Of a stretch of DNA of 64,000 nucleotides, positions 50,129 through 60,963 are shown in pieces. Source of the DNA: a bacterium (lineage in GTDB: Bacteria > Patescibacteriota > Patescibacteriia > JAACEG01 > JAGUWE01); contig JAZDOD010000010.1 in assembly GCA_043798995.1 (NCBI GenBank), positions 845-64,844 on the forward strand, given 5' to 3'. The notes beneath the pieces are model-generated. The model saw nothing but the letters and a program-made list of their open reading frames with translations. It had not been told where the DNA came from and searched no databases. The stretch's first letter is position 1. The number at the start of each line of letters is the position of its first letter. Position numbers and translations under genes: made by a program.

Positions 50129-51376
50129 TTATTTAGAATAAAGTTTAATAGTTTTACTTAACATTTTTTCAAAACCAAATTCTTTTTCAAATTTTTCTTT
50201 CGCCTTTTGGCCAAAATTTTTCGCTAAGTCAGGATTTTCCAGCATCTGGCTTATTTTTTCTGCCAAAATTTCACTTTCTCTTGGCTGAACTAAAAAGCCG
50301 GATACCCCGTCTTCAATCATTTCCGAGATGCCCCCGACTCGGGTAGCGACAATCGGCAGCTCGGCTGCCATAGCTTCTAAAATAGTGTAAGGCAAGCCTT
50401 CCTTGACCGATGATAAAACAAAAATATCAAAGGCCTTAAGATATCTGTAGGCGTCAGCGATTTTTACTAACTTAAAATTATCTTGTAAATTTAGTTGGTT
50501 AATTTTTTTATTCAGAAATTCTCTTTGTTGACCTTCGCCAATCAAAACAAAAAGAATATCAGGAAATTTTTTTCTCACCAAATCAGCTGCTTTAATTAAA
50601 TAATTAAGTCCCTTGGTCGGATAAAAATTAGCGATCGTGCCAATGATTTTGAATTTTGAATTATGAATTATGAATTTAGAATTAATCATGTTTAGTAATT
50701 TCTCTCTGGCCTCGTTTCTTTCTAAAAATTTTAAAGTATTAACATCGATGCCGTTATGAATAGTAATTAATTTTTCCTCGGAAAAATTATTCTTTACGGC
50801 AACTTGCCGGTCAAATTCCGAAACGCAGATAATCTTGTCTTTAAAGAAAGCGGTAAATTTTTCCGCCCAAAAATAAAAAGTTTTCTGCCAGTGCGATAAA
50901 GGTTCGTTAAAAACCCAGCCATGAACGGTATAAAGCACATAACATTTAACATGAAACATGAAACAAATTTTAGCCGCTACAGAGCCGAGAATGGAAACTT
51001 TTGAACTATTAAGGTGGATAATGTCTGGTTTTTCTTTTTTGATTAATCTAACGATTTCTATTAACCCCCAAAAATCAGTCAAAGGGTTAATGGCTCTAAC
51101 CAGATTTTTAAGATAAATTGTTTTAATGCCTTTTTGGGCGAGTTTCTTAAATAATTCACCATTTTCATCTTCGCCGGCAGCCACCACTGCTTCAAAAAAA
51201 ATGTCATTGCGAGGACCCCGCGTAGCGGGGGATGTGGCAATCCCATTCAAAACTGAAAGAGATCCCTCGCCCTGTTTTGGCAGGACTCGGGATGACAGAG
51301 CGGTTGCCAAATCAAAAACATATTTCTGCGCTCCGCCCCACTCGGACTGGGTTATGATATATAATATTTTTTTCAT
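50129..51376 (-). CDS. Glycosyltransferase family 4 (GT-B), carrying an in-frame 32-codon repeat-element insertion near its N-terminus
   Basis: 'MKKILYIITQSEWGGAQKYVFDLATAL...' is the typical GT4 N-terminus, and the 'E...GGISEMIEDGVSGFL' motif lies near the C-terminus. Residues 27-60 are encoded by repeat copy E8. Confidence 0.8.
   Translation of the reverse strand: MKKILYIITQSEWGGAQKYVFDLATALSSRVLPKQGEGSLSVLNGIATSPATRGPRNDIFFEAVVAAGEDENGELFKKLAQKGIKTIYLKNLVRAINPLTDFWGLIEIVRLIKKEKPDIIHLNSSKVSILGSVAAKICFMFHVKCYVLYTVHGWVFNEPLSHWQKTFYFWAEKFTAFFKDKIICVSEFDRQVAVKNNFSEEKLITIHNGIDVNTLKFLERNEAREKLLNMINSKFIIHNSKFKIIGTIANFYPTKGLNYLIKAADLVRKKFPDILFVLIGEGQQREFLNKKINQLNLQDNFKLVKIADAYRYLKAFDIFVLSSVKEGLPYTILEAMAAELPIVATRVGGISEMIEDGVSGFLVQPRESEILAEKISQMLENPDLAKNFGQKAKEKFEKEFGFEKMLSKTIKLYSK
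51203..51298. repeat. MITE-like hairpin element, copy E8; 96 bp, inside the GT4 coding sequence
   Basis: 'gtcattgcgaggaccccgcgtagcgggggatgtggcaatc...cctgttttggcaggactcgggatgacag'. Its termini are the same as the intergenic copies, and its length is a multiple of 3. Confidence 0.7.
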
Positions 51377-51574
51377 AATTTTTGTACTGTAAATATCGAA
51401 TTTTCACCGCCCAGGATAGTTGACTTTTGGATTGATTTATAATACTATATTAAAACAAGTTTTTTTAATTTACAAGTTTTTCAAAGATTTAATTAAAAAT
51501 AACTTGCGCCTAAATTAAGATTGACAAAAATTGTTAATTTGCTAAAATAGTTAGATTTTATACAAATAACTTTT

Positions 51575-52963
51575 ATGGAAGAAACTATTAATAATTTTAG
51601 CCAAAATGATACGGAAGAGGACTCGCTTTTAAGCGAGAAATTTTATCGGCAAAAAAATCAGAATCCGGTTATAGATGAATTTTCCCAATCCCGAAAACCG
51701 GCCGTTTGTGTTATCGGTATGGGCTATGTTGGTTTTCCCCTGGCAGTTTTGGCCGCCAGCAAGGGTTATGAAGTTTTCGGTTTTGATACAGATACGGAGA
51801 AATTAAAATTAATTGATAAAGGGGCAAATATCGCCGGCGAGAAATATTTAGATGAGCTGATACCAAAGGCAAAGATCAATACCTTTCACGACCCGCGCTT
51901 GATGCGTATCTGTGACATTTTTATTATTTGCGTGCCAACGCCGGTTGACGAAAAAGCCCATCCGATTTTGGATTATGTGGTAAGCGCAACGCGCGCTATT
52001 GCCCAAAACGCAAAAAAAGGCGCTTTGGTGATTTTAGAATCAACCGTTAATCCCGGCGTGTGCGAAGGAGTTATCGGGCCAATATTTGAAGAAGCGGGCT
52101 ATAAGATTGGCCAGGATATTTTTATTGTTCATTGCCCGGAAAGGGTTAATCCGGGAGATGCGACTTGGAATGTAACTAACTTACCGCGCGTGATTGGCTC
52201 GCTTGATGATGCCGGACTTAAAAAAGCCATGGAATTTTATCAAAGTATTGTTGATGCTCCGATTATTGCTATGGATAATATTCGCGAGGCCGAAGCAGTT
52301 AAAATTTTAGAAAATTCTTTCCGCGACATTAATATTGCTTTTGTTAATGAACTGGCCAAATCATTTGACCGACTGGATATTGACATTACCAATGTCATTC
52401 GCGGGGCTGCCACCAAGCCGTTTGCCTTTATGGCCCACTGGCCGGGTTGCGGAGTGGGCGGCCATTGCATTCCTGTCGATCCTTATTATTTGATTGAAGA
52501 GGCTAAAAAAAATGATTTTGACCACAAATTTTTGCGCTCCGCCCGCAATATTAATAACAGCATGCCCGTTTATACCGTGGAATTATTGCAAGAGGCGCTT
52601 AACTCTATAGAAAAGTCAATTAAAGGCACTAATATCGGCATTCTGGGAGTTTCTTATAAAGCAAATATCGGCGATCTGCGAGAAAGCCCGCCTTTAAAAA
52701 TAATTGAACTTCTTAGAAAAAAAGGGGCAAATCTTCATATTTTTGATCCTTATATAGCAAAACTTTCTACAACGGGCAGCCTTGCTGAGCTTTTGCAAAA
52801 ATCAGAAGCGATCATAGTAGCTACCAATCATCGGGAATTTTTACAAATGCCGGTTGAAGAATTTGGAAATAACAACATCAGGGTAATTATTGATGGCAGG
52901 AATTGTCTGGATAAAAAGGCGATTAAAAAATTAGGCATTGTCTATAGGGGTATCGGCAGGTAA
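51575..52963 (+). CDS. UDP-glucose/GDP-mannose dehydrogenase family nucleotide-sugar dehydrogenase
   Basis: N-terminal Rossmann 'VCVIGMGYVGFPLAVLAA', catalytic Cys context 'HWPGCGVGGHCIPVDP' and a C-terminal UDP-binding domain. Confidence 0.85.
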   Translation: MEETINNFSQNDTEEDSLLSEKFYRQKNQNPVIDEFSQSRKPAVCVIGMGYVGFPLAVLAASKGYEVFGFDTDTEKLKLIDKGANIAGEKYLDELIPKAKINTFHDPRLMRICDIFIICVPTPVDEKAHPILDYVVSATRAIAQNAKKGALVILESTVNPGVCEGVIGPIFEEAGYKIGQDIFIVHCPERVNPGDATWNVTNLPRVIGSLDDAGLKKAMEFYQSIVDAPIIAMDNIREAEAVKILENSFRDINIAFVNELAKSFDRLDIDITNVIRGAATKPFAFMAHWPGCGVGGHCIPVDPYYLIEEAKKNDFDHKFLRSARNINNSMPVYTVELLQEALNSIEKSIKGTNIGILGVSYKANIGDLRESPPLKIIELLRKKGANLHIFDPYIAKLSTTGSLAELLQKSEAIIVATNHREFLQMPVEEFGNNNIRVIIDGRNCLDKKAIKKLGIVYRGIGR

Positions 52964-53089
52964 ATTTTTACAATTTGCTAAATTATTTTTAACAAAGTAT
53001 GATATTAATATCATACTTTAATTATAATATAATACTTTAGTAACCGGTGAGAGAGCTTTTTAGTTTTATTTTTTTTCTATATATTTAGT

Positions 53090-54049
53090 ATGAGCACTAT
53101 TCTTATAACCGGTGGCGCTGGTTTTATCGGTTCGCATGTGGCCAAAAAATTAATTGAGGAGGGCCAAGAAGTTATTATTATTGATAATTTTAACCAGTAT
53201 TATGACCCGCTTCTAAAAGAAGCCCGCCTCAATACTTTTCTTAAAGATTTAAATTTTAAACTTTATAGGATTGATATTACTGATTTTTCCGAACTTAAAA
53301 AAGTATTTTTGGAAAATAAATTCACTAAGATTTGCCACTTGGCAGCCCAAGCCGGGATTAGATATTCTTTGAAGAATCCCTTTTTATATGAGGAAACCAA
53401 TGTTCGCGGCATGCTTAATTTATTGGAATTGGCCAAGGATTTTGGCGTTAAGGGTTTTATTTATGCTTCCAGCTCCTCGGTTTATGGGGGAAATAAAAAA
53501 ATTCCCTTTTCAGAAGCCGATCGGGTGGACAAACCAATTTCTCTTTATGCCGCGACGAAACGTTCCGGCGAGCTTTTAGCTTATACTTATCATCATCTCT
53601 ATAAGTTGCCTTGCACAGGACTTCGTTATTTTACAGTTTATGGCCCCTGGGGCCGGCCGGATATGGCTTATTTTAAATTTACCAAAGCGATTTTAGATGG
53701 ACGTCCTATTGAAGTTTATAATTATGGCAAAATGAAGCGCGATTTTACTTATATTGACGATATAGTTTCCGGAACTTTGGCAGCTCTTGAAAGCAGTTTT
53801 TCTTATGAAATTTTTAATTTAGGCAATTCCGAGACAGTTGAACTTGAATATTTTATTTCGGTTTTGGAAAAATCTTTAGGCAAATTAGCCCAAAAAAAAT
53901 ATTTACCGCTTCAAGCGGGCGATGTGCCGGAAACTTACGCTAACATCAGCCAGGCCCAAGAAAAACTGGGCTATTGTCCCGTAACTTCAATTGAAGAGGG
54001 GATTGAGAAGTTTGTTGCGTGGTATAAAGAGTATTATAAAGTTAATTAA
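53090..54049 (+). CDS. NAD-dependent epimerase/dehydratase (SDR family), likely a UDP-glucuronate 4-epimerase type
   Basis: '[18 protein letters not shown]', the 'YAATKRSGE' catalytic YxxxK, and 319 aa. Confidence 0.8.
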   Translation: MSTILITGGAGFIGSHVAKKLIEEGQEVIIIDNFNQYYDPLLKEARLNTFLKDLNFKLYRIDITDFSELKKVFLENKFTKICHLAAQAGIRYSLKNPFLYEETNVRGMLNLLELAKDFGVKGFIYASSSSVYGGNKKIPFSEADRVDKPISLYAATKRSGELLAYTYHHLYKLPCTGLRYFTVYGPWGRPDMAYFKFTKAILDGRPIEVYNYGKMKRDFTYIDDIVSGTLAALESSFSYEIFNLGNSETVELEYFISVLEKSLGKLAQKKYLPLQAGDVPETYANISQAQEKLGYCPVTSIEEGIEKFVAWYKEYYKVN

Positions 54050-54059
54050 ATTATTTCTT

Positions 54060-55001
54060 ATGAAAAAAAGGAGTTTAGTCACCGGCGGAGCCGGCTTTAT
54101 CGGCTCTCATCTTTGCCAGCGTCTTTTGACTGAAGGCCAGGAAGTTATTTGCGTTGATAATTTTTTTACCGGCTCAAAGGAAAACATTGAACATTTAATT
54201 AATAATCCTTATTTTGAGTTTATTCGTCACGACATCACTTTCCCTTTGTATATAGAAGTTGATGAGATTTACAATTTAGCCTGTCCGGCTTCGCCGGTTC
54301 ATTATCAATTTGATCCGGTCCAGACGGTTAAGACCAATGTTCATGGTTCAATTAATATGTTGGGCTTGGCCAAGCGACTCAAAGTGCCGATTCTTCAGGC
54401 CTCAACTTCCGAGGTCTACGGCGATCCACTGGAGCATCCGCAAAAGGAAAGTTATTTCGGCAACGTCAACCCAATCGGACCGCGGGCTTGTTACGACGAG
54501 GGCAAACGTTGCGCTGAGACTTTATTTGCCGCTTATCATAAGCAGTATAAATTAGACATCAAAATTGTCAGAATTCACAATACCTTTGGTCCGCGGATGC
54601 TGGAAAATGACGGCCGTGTTGTTTCTAATTTTATAGTTCAGGCGCTGCGCGGCCAGGATTTGACCGTCTATGGGGGCGGGAGCCAGACCCGCAGTTTTAT
54701 GTATATTGATGATTTAGTTGAGGCGTTAATAAAGATGATGGCGGCAAAAAATTTTAGCGGACCGGTTAATGTGGGCAACCCTAAAGAAGTTTCAATTAAA
54801 CAACTAGCTGATAAAATTTTAGAATTAACCGGCAGCCCAAGTCAGATTGTTTATCAGCCCTTGCCACAGGATGATCCAAAAAGACGACTCCCTGACATTA
54901 GTTTAGCCAAAGAAATCTTGGCTTGGCAGCCAAAATGTGATTGGGTAGAAGGATTGAAAAAGACCATTGATTATTTTAAAGAAAAGTTAAAAATAAAATA
55001 A
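54060..55001 (+). CDS. UDP-glucuronate decarboxylase (UDP-xylose synthase) type SDR
   Basis: '[19 protein letters not shown]...[18 protein letters not shown]' and '[14 protein letters not shown]' (YxxxK) are highly characteristic of UXS. The start is the ATG at 54060; the ORF-track start at 53991 overlaps the preceding gene. Confidence 0.8.
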   Translation: MKKRSLVTGGAGFIGSHLCQRLLTEGQEVICVDNFFTGSKENIEHLINNPYFEFIRHDITFPLYIEVDEIYNLACPASPVHYQFDPVQTVKTNVHGSINMLGLAKRLKVPILQASTSEVYGDPLEHPQKESYFGNVNPIGPRACYDEGKRCAETLFAAYHKQYKLDIKIVRIHNTFGPRMLENDGRVVSNFIVQALRGQDLTVYGGGSQTRSFMYIDDLVEALIKMMAAKNFSGPVNVGNPKEVSIKQLADKILELTGSPSQIVYQPLPQDDPKRRLPDISLAKEILAWQPKCDWVEGLKKTIDYFKEKLKIK

Positions 55002-56569
55002 TGAGAAAGATTTTAATATTTTCCTTGGCTTATTTTCCTTTGATTGGCGGGGCTGAGGTGGCAATCAGAGAAATTGCCAAAAGAAATCCGGAATTTGAAT
55101 TTGATTTATTGACCGCTAAATTCAAAAAAGAGCTGCCGAGACAAGAAAAAATAGACAATATTAATGTTTATCGCCTGGGTTTGGGAAATTATTTTGACAA
55201 ATATTTGTATTTTTGGCTTGCTTTTTTAAAAGCCGGCGAATTTAATCGCCAAAGAAAATATAATTTAATTTGGGCCATGATGGCTAACTACGCCGGGCTC
55301 TCGGCCCTTCTTTTCAAAAGAGCCCATCCGGAAATTAAATACTTGTTAACCCTGCAAGAAGGCGACAGCGAAGTTTTTTTGCGCCGCCGGACCTGGTTTT
55401 GGCAGCCGATTTATAAAAAAATTTATACCGAAGCCGATCATATCCAGGTGATCAGCAATTATTTAGCCAAGCGCGCCCAGAAAATGGGAGTTAAATGTCC
55501 AATTGATCTTGTCCCTAATGGAGTTGATTTTGAAAATTTTGCCAAAGATTTTTCAGAAGAAGAATTAAAAGAATTAAAAGCAAGCTTAAAAATCAAAGAT
55601 AATGAAAAAGTAATAATTACCGTCTCCCGTTTGGTTGAAAAAAACGGAGTTGATGATTTAATCAGAGCCATTAAAGAATTAAAGTTAAAAAGAGATAATT
55701 TGCCGGTAAAGTTATTGATTATTGGCGATGGCAAGGATAAAGATGAACTAACGGAATTAACTCGTCGCTTGGATTTAAAAAATGAAGTTTTATTTTTAGG
55801 CCAAATTGATCATTGGGCTTTGCCGCGCTGTTTAAAAATAGCCGATGTTTTTGTCAGACCTTCTCTATCAGAAGGGTTGGGCAATGTTTTTTTAGAAGCA
55901 ATGGCGGCCGGACTGCCAATAATCGGAACGCCGGTTGGCGGGATTCCCGATTTTTTGACCGACTACGAGACCGGACTTTTCTGTGAAATTCGCAATCCAG
56001 AGAGTATTGCCGAGAAAATATTAGAATTAATTGACAAGCCGGAATTAGCTCAAACCCTAACCAAGAATGGACAGAAATTAGTTTTGGAAAAATATGATTG
56101 GGATAAGGTTGCTGGGCAAATGAAAGAAATTTTTCTAAATGAGATTTATAAAGCTAACAAGAGCTTGATTGGCAGATTATTGGTCCTAACTTATTCAAAA
56201 ATACGATTTATCAAATATTGCGTTGTTGGCACCATTGCTGCCGCAGTGGATTTTTCTTTCCTTTACGTTTTAACCGAATTTGTTGGAATTTATTATTTAA
56301 TTTCTTCATTATTTTCTTTTATTTTTAGCGCCAGCACTAATTTCACGCTTAATAAATATTGGACTTTTAAAAATCAAAGTAAAGCCGTCACAGCGCAATT
56401 TACCACTTTTTTATTTATTGTTATAATTGGCTTAGGGTTTAATTTGATTTTAATGTATATTTTGACAGAGAAGTTGGGTTTATGGTATATGTTATCTAAA
56501 GCTATTACGATCGCCCTTGGTTTGTTTTGGAATTATACCGGCAACAAGCATTTTACTTTTAGAACTTAA
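55001..56569 (+). CDS. Fusion of a GT4 glycosyltransferase (N-terminal) and a GtrA-like membrane domain (C-terminal)
   Basis: GT4 'E..GLGNVFLEAMAAGLPIIGTPVGGIPDFL' motif, then a 4-TM GtrA-like segment 'RFIKYCVVGTIAAAVDFSFLYVL...NKYWTFKN'. TAATG overlap with the previous gene. Confidence 0.75.
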   Translation: MRKILIFSLAYFPLIGGAEVAIREIAKRNPEFEFDLLTAKFKKELPRQEKIDNINVYRLGLGNYFDKYLYFWLAFLKAGEFNRQRKYNLIWAMMANYAGLSALLFKRAHPEIKYLLTLQEGDSEVFLRRRTWFWQPIYKKIYTEADHIQVISNYLAKRAQKMGVKCPIDLVPNGVDFENFAKDFSEEELKELKASLKIKDNEKVIITVSRLVEKNGVDDLIRAIKELKLKRDNLPVKLLIIGDGKDKDELTELTRRLDLKNEVLFLGQIDHWALPRCLKIADVFVRPSLSEGLGNVFLEAMAAGLPIIGTPVGGIPDFLTDYETGLFCEIRNPESIAEKILELIDKPELAQTLTKNGQKLVLEKYDWDKVAGQMKEIFLNEIYKANKSLIGRLLVLTYSKIRFIKYCVVGTIAAAVDFSFLYVLTEFVGIYYLISSLFSFIFSASTNFTLNKYWTFKNQSKAVTAQFTTFLFIVIIGLGFNLILMYILTEKLGLWYMLSKAITIALGLFWNYTGNKHFTFRT

Positions 56570-56600
56570 TTTTAATAAACTGCCAGCGCCGCTTATCTTT

Positions 56601-57125
56601 ATGAAAAAATATGTTATTTTTTTGATTTTTTTGCCGATTTTATTTGCCGGCTGTTTAAATCAAGCAAAAACTAAAATGAGAGAATCTGTTCCTTCAACGG
56701 TCAATATAAATCAAACTCCCCAAGAATCAGGAAAAAAAGACATTAATTCCAACACCAACCAAGTCCTTCTTGAATATAATAACGTTAATCAGGATCAAAA
56801 GAACAACGAAAAAAAAGACATTAAAGTTAGTCTAATTTTAAAATTTGCCGGTCAGGAAGAAAAATATGATGAAAATATGGAGGCGGGGCAGACTGCTTTT
56901 GATCTTTTGGTGATGGCGGCGGCTCAGCATAATTTTTCGGTTAAATTTCAAAATTATCCCGAGATGGGAGTTTTTATTACTGAAGTTCACGGCCAAGAAA
57001 ACGGGCAAAGCAATAAATATTGGCAATACACCGTTAATGATCATTACGCTGAAAAAGCCGCTGACAAACTGGAGCTTAAAGAAGGAGACGTGGTTACTTG
57101 GGAATTTAAGGAGTCAAATTTTTAA
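56601..57125 (+). CDS. Putative lipoprotein (DUF4430-like C-terminal fold)
   Basis: Lipobox 'ILFAGC' after a hydrophobic signal. The start is at the ATG at 56601. Confidence 0.5.
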   Translation: MKKYVIFLIFLPILFAGCLNQAKTKMRESVPSTVNINQTPQESGKKDINSNTNQVLLEYNNVNQDQKNNEKKDIKVSLILKFAGQEEKYDENMEAGQTAFDLLVMAAAQHNFSVKFQNYPEMGVFITEVHGQENGQSNKYWQYTVNDHYAEKAADKLELKEGDVVTWEFKESNF

Positions 57126-57208
57126 AAGCTATTTTGGAAACCAGGTTTCCAAATAATTACTTAGAAACCTGGTTTCCTTTCGAGGATTTAATAATTTAAT
57201 TTAAACTT

Positions 57209-57739
57209 ATGAATCAAACTTTTAAATTGGGTCTGGCTTTATTTCTGGTTTTAGGAGCGGTTTTATTGCGTTTCTTGCCTCACCCGGCTAATTTTGCGCC
57301 GATTGCAGCATTGGCTTTGTTCAGCGGAGTTTATTTAAATAAAAAATATGCTTTAGTGGTACCGGTGGCAGCGATGCTGGTAAGTGATTTTTTTATTGGT
57401 TTTTATGATTGGCGGCTGATGAGCGTGGTTTATAGTTGTTTTTTAATATCGGGACTCGTTGGTTTATGGTTCAAGAATCATAAAAATTTGGCAACTATTA
57501 TTGGCGGAACATTAGTTAGTTCTCTGGTTTTTTTCTTGGCGACAAATTTGGCAGTTTGGGCTTTTTCTTCCTGGTATCATCATAATTGGCAAGGGCTGCT
57601 TTATTGTTACAGTTTAGCTTTGCCGTTTTTTAGAAATACAATGTTCGGCGATTTGTTTTACGTCGGCGTTTTGTTTGGTCTTTATGAGATGGTTTTGATT
57701 TTAGCTAAAAGGCAGATTTTAGCCAGAAAAACAATTTAA
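57209..57739 (+). CDS. Hypothetical 5-6 TM membrane protein
   Basis: Hydrophobic segments in a 176-aa ORF. Confidence 0.5.
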   Translation: MNQTFKLGLALFLVLGAVLLRFLPHPANFAPIAALALFSGVYLNKKYALVVPVAAMLVSDFFIGFYDWRLMSVVYSCFLISGLVGLWFKNHKNLATIIGGTLVSSLVFFLATNLAVWAFSSWYHHNWQGLLYCYSLALPFFRNTMFGDLFYVGVLFGLYEMVLILAKRQILARKTI

Positions 57740-57831
57740 TTTTTTGAAGTTTAAAGAAAAAAAGTTAAAATCGAGCTAAAAGCTCGATTTTAAGTTGAAA
57801 AAAAGTCAGATTTAAATTAGAATGAAGATAT

Positions 57832-59046
57832 ATGAAAATGGTTATTGCGGCTGAGATTTTTCCGCCTGATATCGGCGGACCGGCAACTTATGCCCAAAAA
57901 TTAGCCGAGGAATTAGAAAAAAAAGGTTATTCGCTGACTCTTCTTTGTTATGGCGAAAAAACGGCTGAGCAATTTTCTTTTCCGGTTTTAAGAGTCAGTC
58001 GCCGGCAACCTCTTTTTTGGCGCTATTTTAACTATTTTTGGCAGTTATTGAAAGCAAGTCGTGATGCTTCCTTAATTTATGCCCAGGGGCCGGTGAGTTC
58101 TGGCTGGCCAGCTTTATGGGTTAAAAAATTACTCGGGAAAAGATTAGTAGTTAAAGTGGTGGGAGATTATGCTTGGGAACAGTGGCAAAACGAAGTTAAA
58201 AGTTTAAAGTTTAAAGTTAAAAGTCGCGATGAAAAATTTGAAAATTTAGAGGATTTTCAAAAGATTAAAGTTAGCAGCAAGATTGGCTGGTTAAAAAAAA
58301 TTGAGAGAAAAGTTTGCCAAAAAGCTGAGGCGGTGATTGTGCCAAGTTATTATTTAAAAAAAATAGTTGCTTCTTGGGGAGTTGATGAGAAAAAAATAAA
58401 AGTCGTTTATAACGCGATTGAAATTCCTGTGCCTTTGGTGAGTAAAAACCAGGCCAAGGAGCAAGTGAAATTAAATGGCGATTTAATAGTTTCTGCCGGC
58501 CGTTTAGTCAAGTGGAAAGGTTTTGAGGCGTTGATTGAGATTATGCCGCGCCTTTTGGCAGTCAATCCTAATTTTAAATTAATTATTATTGGTGATGGGC
58601 CGGAAAAAGAAAATCTTAAATCTCAAATCTCCCGCCTGTCATCGGCTTTGCCTCAGGCAAATGGCGGGCAGGTAAATCTCAAACTTCAAGAAAAGGTTAT
58701 TTTAACCGGCAAACTTTCTCAACCAGAAGTGATTTGTTATTTAAAGGCAGCTGATACATTTGTTTTAAACAGCGGCTATGAGGGTTTGTCTCATCTGCTT
58801 TTGGAGGCAATGGCTGTTGGAGCGCCGATCATTGCCACCAATATCGGCGGTAATCCGGAATTAATAAAGCACAATGATAATGGTTTTTTAGTTGAATATA
58901 ATAATAAGGAAGAGCTTTTGGACGCCATTATTCAGCTTTGGCGCGATAAAAATTTACAAAATAAATTTGTTAATAATTCCGAGGAGGTTTTAGAAAAGTT
59001 TAAATTTTCCAAAATGATAGAAGAAACGATAAGAATTCTAAAATAA
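57832..59046 (+). CDS. Glycosyltransferase family 4
   Basis: N-terminal 'EIFPPDIGGPATYAQKLAEEL' and C-terminal 'EGLSHLLLEAMAVGAPIIATNIGGNPELI' GT4 motifs. Confidence 0.8.
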   Translation: MKMVIAAEIFPPDIGGPATYAQKLAEELEKKGYSLTLLCYGEKTAEQFSFPVLRVSRRQPLFWRYFNYFWQLLKASRDASLIYAQGPVSSGWPALWVKKLLGKRLVVKVVGDYAWEQWQNEVKSLKFKVKSRDEKFENLEDFQKIKVSSKIGWLKKIERKVCQKAEAVIVPSYYLKKIVASWGVDEKKIKVVYNAIEIPVPLVSKNQAKEQVKLNGDLIVSAGRLVKWKGFEALIEIMPRLLAVNPNFKLIIIGDGPEKENLKSQISRLSSALPQANGGQVNLKLQEKVILTGKLSQPEVICYLKAADTFVLNSGYEGLSHLLLEAMAVGAPIIATNIGGNPELIKHNDNGFLVEYNNKEELLDAIIQLWRDKNLQNKFVNNSEEVLEKFKFSKMIEETIRILK

Positions 59047-59068
59047 TTATTTTACTCGCTTTTGACTT

Positions 59069-60817
59069 ATGAATTTTAAAAATAATTTTATTCAAAAACA
59101 TCAAGAGATTATTTTTTTAATTGGTTTACTGTTAATCGCTTCTTTTTTGAGGTTTTATCAAATAGAACGGGCTGATATGATAAATGATGCTTCAACTTAT
59201 GCTTTTCGTTCAATCGGTTATACTGATATTTTGATGAGCGACATTCAGACTACGCCGCTAAAATGGTTTGGTTATATGCCGTCTTGGAGCAAGTTTTCTT
59301 TTCACGATGCGCCGCCTTTGGTATTTTTAATTCAACATTTATTTTTTAAAGTTTTGGGAGTTAATTTATTGGTGGCGCGGCTGCCTTTTGCAATTTTTGG
59401 CATTTTAACGGTTTTGGTTTTTTATTTTTTTGTCAAAGAACTTTACCCCGTAAGACCTTCGGTCTCTTACGGGGTTTACGGCCGAAAACCGGCTTTTTTG
59501 GCCTCATTGTTTTTAGCAGTTGATGCTTATCATACTTTATCCAGCCAGTCGGGACTGCTTGAGCCTATTTTATTGTTTTTTGTCATTCTTAGTTTATGGT
59601 TTTTAAAAAAAGGTTTGGCCGATTCAAAATATCTTATTTTGGCCGCTTTATTCCTTGGTTTGAGTTTGCTTTGCAAATACTTAGCCTTGTTTTTATTATT
59701 AGCTTTTTTCTTAATTTTTATTTTTGATAAAAATTTTAAAAAATTTTTGAGTGACTGGAAATTTTATACGGCAGTTTTAGTTTTTCTCGTGGTGATTTCT
59801 CCTTTGGTTATTTATAACGTTGAAATGTATCAAGCACGAGGGCACCTTGATATGCAACTGGCTCTCCTGTTTGGTCAAAAACAACAGGACTGGACTTCAA
59901 TCAGCAGCCGCCAAGTCGGCGTGAATATAAGCCAAAATTTTTTTACTTTTTTCGCGGCAGTTAAAAATTCATCTATTGCGGTTTACTGGTTGTTTTTAAT
60001 CAGTTTATTTTATCTTCTGGTAAAAATAATTTTTTATCGGCAAAAACGACATTTTTTTATCGGTCTCGTTTTATCGTCTTTATTTATCTTTTTTAGTTTA
60101 GTTGGCGCCGGCGCTCGCTATTTGGCAATTTTGTCTCCCTTTGTTTTTTTAGTTATCGCTATTTTTTTAATAGATTTGACGGCAGAGTTTAAAAAATTAA
60201 AATATTATGTATTCGGTTTGATTGGAATTCTAATTATTTATCTCGCTGTTTTTAATCTTAACAGCAACCAGTTTATGCCGTTTGGCAAAGCTGATTTGAC
60301 TTATTCTTCTTATCGCGAAGATAACTGGGGGTATAATCAGTTAGAAAAATATTGGACAGCCAAATATACGGGAATTTATCAACTTAAGCCGGCGAAAATT
60401 AAAAAAATAGATGATACCGAATTGGGTAAAAATATGGAACAGATCACGGAGTTAGTCAGGGATAATTTATTAGTTTATGACAGCAGAATGAATTGGTTTG
60501 CCAAAGAGTGGTATATTTATCGCTGGATTGTTTACTGGCGTGTTCCTTTTGTTTCAACCGATGAATTTACGGATTTAGCCTCTCAGGAAGGAGGAATTGA
60601 ATTTCTTAATTCTTTAGGCAGCAAGAATTTAATTTTTATCAAAGCGACTGAAAAATCATTTTTAGATCCGGCCGAAAGCAATGTTTCTCAAAGCGCTGAA
60701 TTTATGGAGCATCGGCTTTTAGAGCAAAAATTTAAACCATTAGATATTATTTATAATCCAAAAGGCGAAGAAGCTTTTCGGGTTTACAAAATCCAGCAGT
60801 TGATTAAGAAGCAGTAA
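59069..60817 (+). CDS. Polytopic membrane glycosyltransferase of the GT39/GT83 (PMT/ArnT-like) fold
   Basis: About 12 predicted TM helices, with an N-terminal loop 'YQIERADMINDASTYAFRSIGY' containing the DE-like motif typical of lipid-linked-sugar-dependent GT-C enzymes. Confidence 0.6.
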   Translation: MNFKNNFIQKHQEIIFLIGLLLIASFLRFYQIERADMINDASTYAFRSIGYTDILMSDIQTTPLKWFGYMPSWSKFSFHDAPPLVFLIQHLFFKVLGVNLLVARLPFAIFGILTVLVFYFFVKELYPVRPSVSYGVYGRKPAFLASLFLAVDAYHTLSSQSGLLEPILLFFVILSLWFLKKGLADSKYLILAALFLGLSLLCKYLALFLLLAFFLIFIFDKNFKKFLSDWKFYTAVLVFLVVISPLVIYNVEMYQARGHLDMQLALLFGQKQQDWTSISSRQVGVNISQNFFTFFAAVKNSSIAVYWLFLISLFYLLVKIIFYRQKRHFFIGLVLSSLFIFFSLVGAGARYLAILSPFVFLVIAIFLIDLTAEFKKLKYYVFGLIGILIIYLAVFNLNSNQFMPFGKADLTYSSYREDNWGYNQLEKYWTAKYTGIYQLKPAKIKKIDDTELGKNMEQITELVRDNLLVYDSRMNWFAKEWYIYRWIVYWRVPFVSTDEFTDLASQEGGIEFLNSLGSKNLIFIKATEKSFLDPAESNVSQSAEFMEHRLLEQKFKPLDIIYNPKGEEAFRVYKIQQLIKKQ

Positions 60818-60824
60818 GTTAGAA

Positions 60825-60950
60825 ATTAAAATCCCCTTTATTAAGGGGGATTAAGGGGGATTTATTTCCCCTCTTTAATAAAGAGGGGTTAGGGGAGATT
60901 TAGAAATCCTCCCCAACCCTCCTTTTTAAAAGGAGGGAATATACTTATAT
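60825..60950. repeat. Hairpin-cluster repeat (AAATCCC...GGGATTT family)
   Basis: 'aaaatcccctttattaagggggatt', 'tcccctctttaataaagagggg' and 'ccctcctttttaaaaggaggg' palindromes. It is related to 18219, 49100 and 15050. Confidence 0.65.
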
Positions 60951-60963
60951 CTTTTATCTTTTT

